Shown: positions 9,322 to 17,157 of the stretch, piece by piece
How the letters are laid out: every line of letters starts with the position of its first letter
Position numbering within the stretch: the first letter of the stretch is position 1
Assembly: GCA_965215565.1 (NCBI GenBank)
Contig: CBDCDZ010000004.1
Coordinates: 3,872,001-3,936,000 of the forward strand
DNA from: Trueperaceae bacterium
Lineage (GTDB): Bacteria; Deinococcota; Deinococci; Deinococcales; Trueperaceae
Direction: 5' to 3'
Length of the DNA stretch: 64,000 nucleotides
Program-made: the position numbers and the translations under genes
Notes under the pieces: model-generated
Database searches by the model: none
What the model saw: the letters and a program-made list of their open reading frames with translations, nothing else
Told to the model about the DNA's origin: nothing

Positions 9322-10278
9322 TCAGCCAACCTCCAAGCGCTCCCTCTTTTCAGCGGGCGCATCCGCCTCTTTGAAGCCCTTTTCCACCGCGTACGCCTCG
9401 GGCACGACGAGCCGCGCCCCACCCGGCACGACGTGAGCGCTGAAAGGTGTTTCGCCCAGGGTCTCCCCGTCGAGCTGTACCTCTAGAGGCGGCGTCGCCG
9501 AGACGCGCACCTTCTCGGCGGAGAAGGTCTGCAAATCGCGGTAGTTCTCGAAGTTGCCCGTGATGAGGCGGAACACGAGGCGCAGGATGCCGCCCAGCGT
9601 GTTCGGCACGACGATGGCGAGGTCAAGTTTGCCGTCGTGCGGGTTGCTGTTGCCCATCTTGATGTTCGTATCCGCAATCTCACCGACGTTGATGAGCATG
9701 ACGGTGTGCGCCCGGAAGTGGTGCTCTTGTCCGTCCACCTCGAGCGTCACGTCCGAGCGGCTCAGCGTGAAGAGGTGTTTGACGCCCGAGACGATGTACG
9801 CCAAGAAGCCCAGTCGGTTCTTGATCTCGCGGGGCGCGTCCTCGATCATGCGCGCGTCCCAGCCTGCCCCCGCGACGATGGCGAAGTAGCGCTCGCGCTC
9901 GGGCAAGTAACCGACGTCGAGCGGTACGGACACGCCGTTTAAGGCAAGCTCGAGCGCCTTGTCTATGTCTACCGGAATACCTAATGCCCGCGCCAACAAG
10001 TTCGCTGTGCCCCCCGGAAGCTGCGCTAAAGGGATGTCGCGCTCGTTCTCGATAAGCCCACTCATCGTCTCCATCACCGTGCCGTCGCCGCCCGAGACGA
10101 TGACGAGGTCCGCTCGGGCAGCTTTCGCCCACTCCAAAGCGTCGCCCTCCCCCTGCGTTTCGCGGACTTCGTAAGTGACACCCTCCGCCTGGAGTTTAGC
10201 CTCAACCTTCTCTCTAAGCTTTGCCTGATCGCCCTGTCCTGAAACTGGGTTGATGATGACTAAAACGTTGTCTTTCAT
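9322..10278 (-). CDS. Diacylglycerol/lipid kinase family protein (YegS/BmrU-like)
   Basis: IINPVSG, SGGDGT, LPGGTANLLA, HDGKLD, QLDGE motifs. Confidence 0.92.
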   Translation of the reverse strand: MKDNVLVIINPVSGQGDQAKLREKVEAKLQAEGVTYEVRETQGEGDALEWAKAARADLVIVSGGDGTVMETMSGLIENERDIPLAQLPGGTANLLARALGIPVDIDKALELALNGVSVPLDVGYLPERERYFAIVAGAGWDARMIEDAPREIKNRLGFLAYIVSGVKHLFTLSRSDVTLEVDGQEHHFRAHTVMLINVGEIADTNIKMGNSNPHDGKLDLAIVVPNTLGGILRLVFRLITGNFENYRDLQTFSAEKVRVSATPPLEVQLDGETLGETPFSAHVVPGGARLVVPEAYAVEKGFKEADAPAEKRERLEVG

Positions 10279-10408
10279 ACGTCTCGACTCTCTTATTCGC
10301 GCTGAACCCTAAAGTACCCCCAAGGTACTAGGTGTGGTGCTGCTTGGGTCTGAGTCTACAACGCTATATCCAACTGCGTGCGGGAATGAGCGCTCACTCT
10401 GCCAAATA

Positions 10409-10666
10409 TAGCAAGTATTATTTAGTTTGAGTGTACGTAAGTTTTGCGAAGAGACGCTCTCACGATGTAGAACACCGTTGCCTAATGGCAAACTACGTCA
10501 TTCGCTTTGCGAAAACTTCGTCCCTACGGGCTTTCAGAAATTAGCACGCACATTTGAGAGTGAAATCCCGCTCTCAGGCAAAGCCGTCCCGCTAGGCTTT
10601 GCCTGAGAGCGGGATGGCTGCGGCTGAGACTTGCGCTATTCCAATCAGTACTTATGTTGTTTGCTA
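10409..10666 (+). repeat. Dispersed repeat family A, copy 3, with three internal insertions
   Basis: Colinear with copy 8 (28108-28217) once the extra segments are removed; TAGCA...TGCTA ends. Confidence 0.7.
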
Positions 10667-10819
10667 TACATTTTCTCGGTGTTAGATACTGCGGCTGGTG
10701 CTAGATAAAAGAAGAGGTTGGGAGAAGCTCGACTACCTCTTGGTCGTGCTTGAGAAGGGCATAGATATTGACGCTAAAAGTGCGCGCTAGAGGGTTGCTT
10801 CTTTGACTAGGCGCACCTG

Positions 10820-10860
10820 CATGTAGATGATACCTACTGTCATGTAGATGATACCTGCTA
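10820..10860 (-). repeat. Family A end fragment, tandemly duplicated (copy 4)
   Basis: CATGTAGATGATACCT occurs twice with 21-bp spacing, just 3' of tRNA-Leu. Confidence 0.7.
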
Positions 10861-10866
10861 TAGCAA

Positions 10867-10948
10867 TGCGAGGAATGGGACTTGAACCCACACACCTTGC
10901 GGTACTAGATCCTAAATCTAGCGCGTCTACCAATTCCGCCATCCTCGC
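10867..10948 (-). tRNA. tRNA-Leu (anticodon TAG)
   Basis: GCGAGGATGGCGGAATTGGTAGACGCGCTAGATTTAGGATCTAG...GGTTCAAGTCCCATTCCTCGCA; long variable arm; CCA not encoded. Confidence 0.96.
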
Positions 10949-11038
10949 GAGAAAACCGTTTGAAAGCCTCGAGCACACTACCCGGCTGAACTAGTTAAGC
11001 TGGGCGCGGTTGAGATTTACTGGGAGCGCCTCGAGAAA

Positions 11039-11297
11039 GGTATCACCCGGTGAACGGGATGATACCCCCTGCTCAAGGCTGTTCCCCAAAGGAGGTATCA
11101 CTGAATGAGCTAGATAAAATTCAGCTACCTCCGGTGAGACCTGCTGAGGGCTCTCATACCCGTAACGGCATGATACGCAGTCGCGTGGACCCTAGAACGG
11201 GCAAAGCCCGCCCCGTTGGGGCTAGTTCGCTCCCGCTAGCTGCTGAGGGCTCTCTCATACCTTTAACGGCATGATACGCCCCGCTGAGGGCTCTTCA
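11039..11297 (-). repeat. Array of related hairpins in the tRNA-His/tRNA-Leu spacer
   Basis: GTATCAT(G/C)CCGTT hairpin 5' arm x3; AGAGCCCTCAGC x3. Confidence 0.75.
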
Positions 11298-11298
11298 G

Positions 11299-11373
11299 GG
11301 TGAGTGATGGGTCTTGAACCCACGACCTCCGGAACCACAATCCGGCGCTCTAACCAACTGAGCTACACCCACC
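11299..11373 (-). tRNA. tRNA-His (anticodon GTG)
   Basis: GGTGGGTGTAGCTCAGTTGGTTAGAGCGCCGGATTGTGGTTCCGG...GGTTCAAGACCCATCACTCACC, with G-1:C73. Confidence 0.96.
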
Positions 11374-11528
11374 ATGCACCTCATACTACCAAGCTAAGCC
11401 TCTTTCGTACCCCTTTTACGCTACACCTCTGGTGCGTTACAAGAACGCATTACGCTCAAAGCGCACCGCCAAGTTTACTCAACAAGGCTGCGCGCTGTCA
11501 AGCTCGAGAGGCGGACAAGACTGACGTG

Positions 11529-12401
11529 CTAGCCGCCCTTATGACCTCTTCGCATCGCCGCCGCGTCGAAGGTGTTTTGCATGAGCATCGCCACCGTCAT
11601 CGGTCCCGTGCCGCCCGGCATCGGCGTGAGGTAGCCCGCTACCTCGGCGACACCGGGATGAACGTCACCTTTGAGCTTGCCGTCCACGCGGGTGATGCCT
11701 ACGTCTAAGACGACTGCACCAGGCTTGACCATCTCCGGGGTGACGAGGGCTTGGCGTCCGACGGCGGCGACGATGATGTCGGCTTGTTTAACTAAACCGG
11801 GGAGGTCTTTAGTTCTCGAGTGCGCCAGGCTCACCGTCGCGTTGCGCTGCAAAAAGAGTGCCGCGGCGGGCTTGCCCACCAAGTTCGAGCGTCCGATGAT
11901 GACCGCGTGCTTGCCCTCTATCGGCAACGCGTAGTGGTCCATGATGCGAATCATGCCCGCAGGCGTGCAAGGCACGAGCGCCTTTTGTCCGCTCCACAAA
12001 CGCCCCACGTTCACCGGGTGAAAACCGTCCACGTCTTTGGCAGGGTCAATCGCTTCTTGTACGGGTTTGATGTCGAGGTGTGAGGGCAAGGGGTCCTGGA
12101 CTAAGATACCGTCCACCTCGTCGTCCGCGTTGAGTTCGTCGATTAACGCCATGAGTTCATCCTGCTGTGTGTTTTCGGGTAAAACTTCGACTCTCGAGGA
12201 GAGACCCAGCCGCTTCGCCATGCGGTCTTTGCCGCGCACGTACGAGACACTCGCCGGGTCTTCGCCGACGCGCACCACCACGAGTTGCGGCTGATACGGC
12301 AGGGTTTGCAGCGTTTCTTTGAGAGATTCCGTCACGCTACCGGACACTTCGCGCCCGTCGAGTAGGGTTGCTGACATACGTGCTCCTTTGATCGCTTCCA
12401 T
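11529..12401 (-). CDS. folD: Bifunctional methylenetetrahydrofolate dehydrogenase/cyclohydrolase
   Basis: DGILVQ.PLP, KDVDGFHP, PCTPAG, GRSNLVGKP, PGGTGPMT. Confidence 0.97.
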   Translation of the reverse strand: MEAIKGARMSATLLDGREVSGSVTESLKETLQTLPYQPQLVVVRVGEDPASVSYVRGKDRMAKRLGLSSRVEVLPENTQQDELMALIDELNADDEVDGILVQDPLPSHLDIKPVQEAIDPAKDVDGFHPVNVGRLWSGQKALVPCTPAGMIRIMDHYALPIEGKHAVIIGRSNLVGKPAAALFLQRNATVSLAHSRTKDLPGLVKQADIIVAAVGRQALVTPEMVKPGAVVLDVGITRVDGKLKGDVHPGVAEVAGYLTPMPGGTGPMTVAMLMQNTFDAAAMRRGHKGG

Positions 12402-12537
12402 ACGCCTAGTTTAGCCCAGCGCGTTGCGGTGTTCCCGCTAATTTTTACACTGAACCAAAGCGCAACCCTATATTTTTAATTGAAGTCGAGTTTGGGGATG
12501 TTTAGCCCCCGAGCTGAGCCAACAGCTAACGGTTCCT

Positions 12538-12990
12538 CTACGTCGTGACTTCCAGCTGCCGGTAAAGCTTCGCCAGCACCCCGTTCACAAACCGCCCCGA
12601 CTCTTCACCGCCGAAACGCTTGGCAATGCGCACCGCCACCTCGATCGTGACCTCTCTGGGGATGTCACGCTCGTACAAAAATTCGGTCAGAGCGAGGCGC
12701 AAGACGGTGAGGTCGGTCTGCGCCATCTGGGTGAAGGTCCAGCCCTCGAGCGTCTCCTCTAGCTGCGTGTCAACCACTTCACGGTGCGCATCAAAATTCT
12801 TTAACAAGCGTTCGGCAAAGAGGATGCCCTCTGCGTCCAACACGTCGCCGTACGCTTCTTCGGCGTCCTCTACCTCTTGTCCTGAGAGGTCTTCGCGAAC
12901 GTCCGCCCAGACCTCTAGGAGCGGTTCGTCGCCGCGCTCAGCCTGGAAGAGCGTGCGGAAGGCGAGTTCGCGTGCTTTGCGCCTAGCCAC
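12538..12990 (-). CDS. nusB: Transcription antitermination factor NusB
   Basis: RRKARELAF, VLRLA, EVAVRIAKRFG, FVNGVL; likely GTG start at 12990 overlapping the upstream gene. Confidence 0.95.
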   Translation of the reverse strand: MARRKARELAFRTLFQAERGDEPLLEVWADVREDLSGQEVEDAEEAYGDVLDAEGILFAERLLKNFDAHREVVDTQLEETLEGWTFTQMAQTDLTVLRLALTEFLYERDIPREVTIEVAVRIAKRFGGEESGRFVNGVLAKLYRQLEVTT

Positions 12991-13441
12991 GCGCACCCTC
13001 TTCGGGCAAGTCGATGGCTTCAACCGTAACGTCCACCGAAGTGACGTTGAGCCCCGTCATCGACGCGACTGACTCACGCACCGCGCGCTGCGCCATCTTC
13101 GCAACTTTAGGAACCTCTAGGCCGTACGTCACGCGCACGTTTAGGGACACGCGCACGGCTTCGTTTAAGCGCTCGATGCGGATGCCTTTGGCGCGGCGTC
13201 CCGTCAAGATTTCGCCCATGCGTACGGGCGGCGCGGCTGGGGTGAGCCCGTCCACTTGCTCTAAAGCGAGTTGCGCGATGCCGTAGAGGACATCTTGAGA
13301 GATGTCTAGGTCCTCTCTGGCTCGGCTCGAGTCTCGGTTAGCGAGAGGCTGCGTGTTGGCGTTTTGCCGAGCGGCGTTTTGACCTGTAGTTTCTGCCACG
13401 TTTTCTGCCTCGTTCGTTTCTCTGTTATCGGTTTCCCTCAC
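12983..13441 (-). CDS. Asp23/Gls24 family envelope stress protein
   Basis: KGIRIE...V.YG..VP.VA...Q..V..SVASMTGL.V..VDVTV; position between accC and nusB. Confidence 0.9.
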   Translation of the reverse strand: MRETDNRETNEAENVAETTGQNAARQNANTQPLANRDSSRAREDLDISQDVLYGIAQLALEQVDGLTPAAPPVRMGEILTGRRAKGIRIERLNEAVRVSLNVRVTYGLEVPKVAKMAQRAVRESVASMTGLNVTSVDVTVEAIDLPEEGARG

Positions 13442-14771
13442 TCATCCTCCTCGGAATAAAGTTAGTGTATATCGCGCCGCGCCGGTAGAAGGCATTGTCG
13501 AGCACCTTGAGGTGAAAGGGAATGGTGGTTTTGATGCCGTCCAAGACGGTCTCTTGCAGGGCGCGTTTCATGCGGGCGATGGCCTCTTCGCGGCTCGGAG
13601 CCCAAGCGATAATTTTAGCGACCAAGGAGTCGTAGTTCGGCGGGATGCGGTAACCTGCGTACACGTGCGAGTCCACGCGGATGCCGGGACCGCCAGGCCA
13701 ATGTAAATCGGTAATCGTCCCCGCCGAGGGGCGGAAGTCGTGGTCGGGGTCTTCGGCGTTGATGCGCACTTCAATCGCGTGACCCTCGACGCGCACGTCC
13801 TCTTGTCGAAGCGATAGACCTTGACCCGCCGCCACACGGAACTGCTCTTGGACCAAGTCGAAGCGCGTGATCATCTCCGTGGCGGGGTGTTCGACTTGGA
13901 TGCGGGTGTTCATCTCGGAGAAGTAGAAGTTGCCGCTTCTATCCACCAAAAATTCGCAGGTGCCCGCACCCCGGTAGTTGATGTGCTGCGCCAAACGCAC
14001 GGCGGCGGCGGCGATCTCGAGCCTTAAATCTTCCGCTAAGGTGCTCGGCGCTTCCTCCAACACCTTTTGATAGCGCCGCTGAATCGAACAGTCGCGGTCA
14101 AAGAAGTGAATCACGTTCCCCTCGCCGTCGCCGAAGACCTGAATCTCGACGTGGCGCGGCTCCTCTAAATACTTCTCCATGTACATTTCGGGATTGCCGA
14201 AGGCGGCTTTCGCTTCCTCTTGCGCGTTGGAGAGTTGTCGCCCCAACTCGTCTGGGTGCTGCACGATGCGCATCCCGCGCCCACCGCCGCCCGCTGAGGC
14301 TTTGAGGATGACCGGGTAGTCGATCTCTTCAGCGAATTTGCGCGCCGCTTCTAAATCCTCCAACGCGCCTGAGCCCGGCGTTACGGGCACGCCTGACTCC
14401 TGCGCCAACGCGCGCGCGCTCGCCTTGTCGCCGATTCTGCGGATGCTCTCCGGGCGCGGTCCGATAAAGGTGATGTTGTGTTCCTCGCACTTCTGGGCGA
14501 ACTCCGCGTTTTCAGACAGGAAGCCGTAGCCCGGATGAATCGCCTCCGCCCCTGCGACGAGCGCCGCCGAGAGCAGGTTGCGCACGTTGAGGTACGAGCC
14601 GGACGACGCCGCAGGTCCGATGCAGATGGACTCGTCCGCCAAGAGGACAGGCAGCGAGTTCTCGTCCACCGTCGAATACGCCATGACCGTCGTAACGCCG
14701 AGTTCGCGGGCGGCGCGGAGCACCCGCAGGGCGATTTCGCCCCGGTTGGCGATGAGGATTTTCTTAAACAT
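13425..14771 (-). CDS. accC: Acetyl-CoA carboxylase, biotin carboxylase subunit
   Basis: KILIANRGEIA, HPGYGFLSEN, GGGGRGMR, EMNTRIQVEH. Confidence 0.97.
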   Translation of the reverse strand: MFKKILIANRGEIALRVLRAARELGVTTVMAYSTVDENSLPVLLADESICIGPAASSGSYLNVRNLLSAALVAGAEAIHPGYGFLSENAEFAQKCEEHNITFIGPRPESIRRIGDKASARALAQESGVPVTPGSGALEDLEAARKFAEEIDYPVILKASAGGGGRGMRIVQHPDELGRQLSNAQEEAKAAFGNPEMYMEKYLEEPRHVEIQVFGDGEGNVIHFFDRDCSIQRRYQKVLEEAPSTLAEDLRLEIAAAAVRLAQHINYRGAGTCEFLVDRSGNFYFSEMNTRIQVEHPATEMITRFDLVQEQFRVAAGQGLSLRQEDVRVEGHAIEVRINAEDPDHDFRPSAGTITDLHWPGGPGIRVDSHVYAGYRIPPNYDSLVAKIIAWAPSREEAIARMKRALQETVLDGIKTTIPFHLKVLDNAFYRRGAIYTNFIPRRMSEGNR

Positions 14772-14772
14772 A

Positions 14773-14848
14773 AGCAGGTATCATCTGGTCAGATACGCTC
14801 CCACTCGAGCAAGCACGCCTGAGCCCGCACATTATGAGATGATGCCTG
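14773..14848 (+). repeat. Dispersed repeat family A, copy 5 (core)
   Basis: AGCAGGTATCATCTGGTCAG...GAGATGATGCCTG; abuts the accC start codon. Confidence 0.8.
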
Positions 14849-14911
14849 TGAAGAAGCACAACGGGTGAAAGAAAGGTTCTACTTTTCCTCATGGATAGCG
14901 CTTTCACCTCA

Positions 14912-15427
14912 TCACCCCGGCTCAATTCGAAAGAGAACCTGCCCGTATTCCACCGGGTCTTCGTTATCAACGAGAATCTCCTTGACCGTCCCGGCGGTCT
15001 CCGCCTCGATTTCGTTCATCAGCTTCATCGCTTCGATGATGCAAAGAACCGCGCCCGCCTCGACTTTCGAGCCGACTTTGACGAAGTCGGGCGCGTCGGG
15101 CGAGGGACCCGCGTAAAAGGTGCCGACGATGGGCGCGGTGATTTCGTCTAGGTTGGATGGCGCTGCCCCTTGGGTGGGTTCGTCCGCTGCAGGAGCGCTC
15201 TGCGGTGCTTGGCTCGAGGTGTCTGGCTGAACAGGCTGCGTTTGGGGTTGCGCCTGTGCGCTTTGAGGTGCGGGAGCGCTCTGCGCGGGTCGTTGCGTAG
15301 GCTGAGCCATAACAACCTCGCCGCCACGCTTGACGCTGAGCTTGTAGTCGCCAGTCTCGAGTACCAGTTCCCCCACGTCCGCCTCTTTCACCGCCTCTAA
15401 AAGCCTCTTCAAATCTTTGACGTCCAT
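14912..15427 (-). CDS. accB: Biotin carboxyl carrier protein
   Basis: [10 protein letters not shown] biotinylation motif; Pro/Ala/Gln-rich linker. Confidence 0.97.
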   Translation of the reverse strand: MDVKDLKRLLEAVKEADVGELVLETGDYKLSVKRGGEVVMAQPTQRPAQSAPAPQSAQAQPQTQPVQPDTSSQAPQSAPAADEPTQGAAPSNLDEITAPIVGTFYAGPSPDAPDFVKVGSKVEAGAVLCIIEAMKLMNEIEAETAGTVKEILVDNEDPVEYGQVLFRIEPG

Positions 15428-15984
15428 CAGGCGCGCCCTAGATACTCGCCCGTGCGTGTGTCCACCCGGACGGTCTCGCCCTGATCGATAAAGAGCGGCA
15501 CGTTCACGGTTGCGCCCGTTTCTAGCACCGCCTGTTTTGAGCCGCCCGAGACCGTATCCCCTTTGACGCCGGGGTCCGTTTCCGTAATCGTCAGCTCGAC
15601 GATGTTGGGCAGCGTGACCTTGAGGGGCTTCTCCCGGAAATAGTCCACCGTCACCTCCATCGTCTCTTTGAGAAACTGCGCGTTGTCACCGAGCTGCTCT
15701 TTGGAAAGCGTGGGTTGCTCGTAGGTCTCTAAGTCCATAAAGGTGTACATGTCGCCGTCGGTGTAGAGGTACTGCATCTTGCGGTAGTCGATAAAGATGT
15801 CCTGGAGCTTTTCCGTGGCGTTAAAGGTCTTCTCGATAATGGAGCCCGTCTCCATGTTGCGGAATTTGGTGACGACTTTCGCGCCGCCGCGCCCCATTTT
15901 GAGGTGTTGGTAGTCCAAGCACTCCCAGAGTCCGCCGCTCATTTCAACTTTCGTGCCGTTTCGTAGGTCGGTTACGCTGATCAT
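15427..15984 (-). CDS. efp: Elongation factor P (Arg32 type)
   Basis: HLKMGRGGA loop, [14 protein letters not shown]...[10 protein letters not shown]. Confidence 0.97.
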   Translation of the reverse strand: MISVTDLRNGTKVEMSGGLWECLDYQHLKMGRGGAKVVTKFRNMETGSIIEKTFNATEKLQDIFIDYRKMQYLYTDGDMYTFMDLETYEQPTLSKEQLGDNAQFLKETMEVTVDYFREKPLKVTLPNIVELTITETDPGVKGDTVSGGSKQAVLETGATVNVPLFIDQGETVRVDTRTGEYLGRA

Positions 15985-15997
15985 GGTGCCTCCGCTT

Positions 15998-16074
15998 CAG
16001 GTATCATCTGGTTATCAATCCTCTCACCGTACAAAGTCATGATTTGGCACGCACATGATTGAGATGATTCCTGC
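15998..16074 (+). repeat. Dispersed repeat family A, copy 6 (core)
   Basis: CAGGTATCATCTGG...CTCTCAC...GCACGCAC...GAGATGATTCCTGC, immediately upstream of the efp SD. Confidence 0.75.
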
Positions 16075-16185
16075 AATGTCTAAATTTGGTCGTGTTGATG
16101 CGCGCTTTACTCGCTTTTTATCCCGCACAGTGTAACACCGAAGCGGTAGAGGTGAGGAAATCGGGACAAGCCGCAGGGACACACC

Positions 16186-17088
16186 TTACAACTCGAGCAC
16201 CCCCGCATGTAAATCCATCCGAGAGGTGAGCGCGTCATACTCCGCGCCGCTGAGCGACGTTTCGCCTGAAAGCGCTACCAACGCCGCCTCTAAAACGTTC
16301 GTGGCGACGCTGCGCCCCTCAAACCTCGGCGTGGTGGTAATGAGTTTCGAAGCGCCCCGTTTGCGCAAGAGGTTGACGTTGTCCGCTGTGGTTGTATTCG
16401 TCAGGAACATTTTGCCGTCCACGCGCTCCGGTAAGTAGCGGCGGATGAAGTGCCAGTCGCCCGCGACGACGTCCGCCCAGGTATAAAACCTCGAGAACGA
16501 GTTGCGCGCGTCTCTATCCTGCTTGCTGCCCGTCGGATAGAGCCAGGAGATAGGTAGCTCGGTGACGAGGGGTAAGAGCGCCTTAGCCGCTCTGCGAAAG
16601 GTTTTTCTACCGTAAACAGGAATAGGTAGACCGAGACCGAAAATCGCATCCCCGTAGAGCACCTTTGCCCCCAAATCTTCTAACGCAGAAGCCATACCGT
16701 AACGGTCTAGCGCGGAGACCATCAGTACGCGCTTACCTCTCCAACTGAGCGCCGTATCAAGCTCCTTTACGACGCGCTTTTCGAAGCTCTGCTTGAGCCC
16801 CGAGCCGTCTACTATCGGGGTGTTGTGCGCCTCCCTCGCTAGCCGCGCCGCGTCGCGCACCGTGTAGCGCCGCGCGCCGATATAAAAATAGAGGTCGATG
16901 CCGCCTAAGCCGATGGCGTCCACCTCTCCATTTCTCGCGCCGTCTAACTCGCGGATAAGGGCGGCAGCGCTTCGTAAGTCGCCGTCCACACCTCTACGTC
17001 CCAACCTCACCTCTTGACCTAAGAGCGTCACGCAGGTGTCGTAGTCGCGCTTGGCGGACCCCAAAGAGACGCTGACGATATGTTTCAC
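16186..17088 (-). CDS. Conserved hypothetical protein (family often auto-annotated as quinate 5-dehydrogenase)
   Basis: VSVSLGS..RD, DAIGLGGIDLY, DGSGLK, TNTTT, TTTPR..GRS..TNVLEA motifs; TACACT 8 nt before GTG. Confidence 0.75.
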   Translation of the reverse strand: MKHIVSVSLGSAKRDYDTCVTLLGQEVRLGRRGVDGDLRSAAALIRELDGARNGEVDAIGLGGIDLYFYIGARRYTVRDAARLAREAHNTPIVDGSGLKQSFEKRVVKELDTALSWRGKRVLMVSALDRYGMASALEDLGAKVLYGDAIFGLGLPIPVYGRKTFRRAAKALLPLVTELPISWLYPTGSKQDRDARNSFSRFYTWADVVAGDWHFIRRYLPERVDGKMFLTNTTTADNVNLLRKRGASKLITTTPRFEGRSVATNVLEAALVALSGETSLSGAEYDALTSRMDLHAGVLEL

Positions 17089-17157
17089 CGCTAAGGAGTG
17101 TAACAGATTGTGTCAGCAGTTCACTCAACCCCAGGAGAACAAGATGTTGCATAGTTC

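Noticed and set aside
10701..10895. 64-aa ORF with an ankyrin-like tail (ALLKHDQEVVELL)
   Set aside because: Starts inside tRNA-Leu and crosses repeat DNA; the similarity is too short to support
10867..10948. tRNA-Leu as an amber suppressor explaining TAG 49111
   Set aside because: The anticodon is 5'-TAG-3', which reads CUA; a suppressor needs anticodon CTA. No pyrrolysine genes seen
11141..11290. CTGCTGAG repeats as hammerhead ribozyme cores
   Set aside because: The core requires CUGANGA plus GAAA, which are absent, and G-U pairing favours the opposite strand
11299..11373. tRNA-anchored genomic island or prophage
   Set aside because: No integrase and no duplicated tRNA 3' end (att site) found in the window
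12410..12535. Additional repeat family shared with 32580-32730, 35590-35680 or 39105-39235
   Set aside because: Only short, weak similarities by eye; would need an alignment to support
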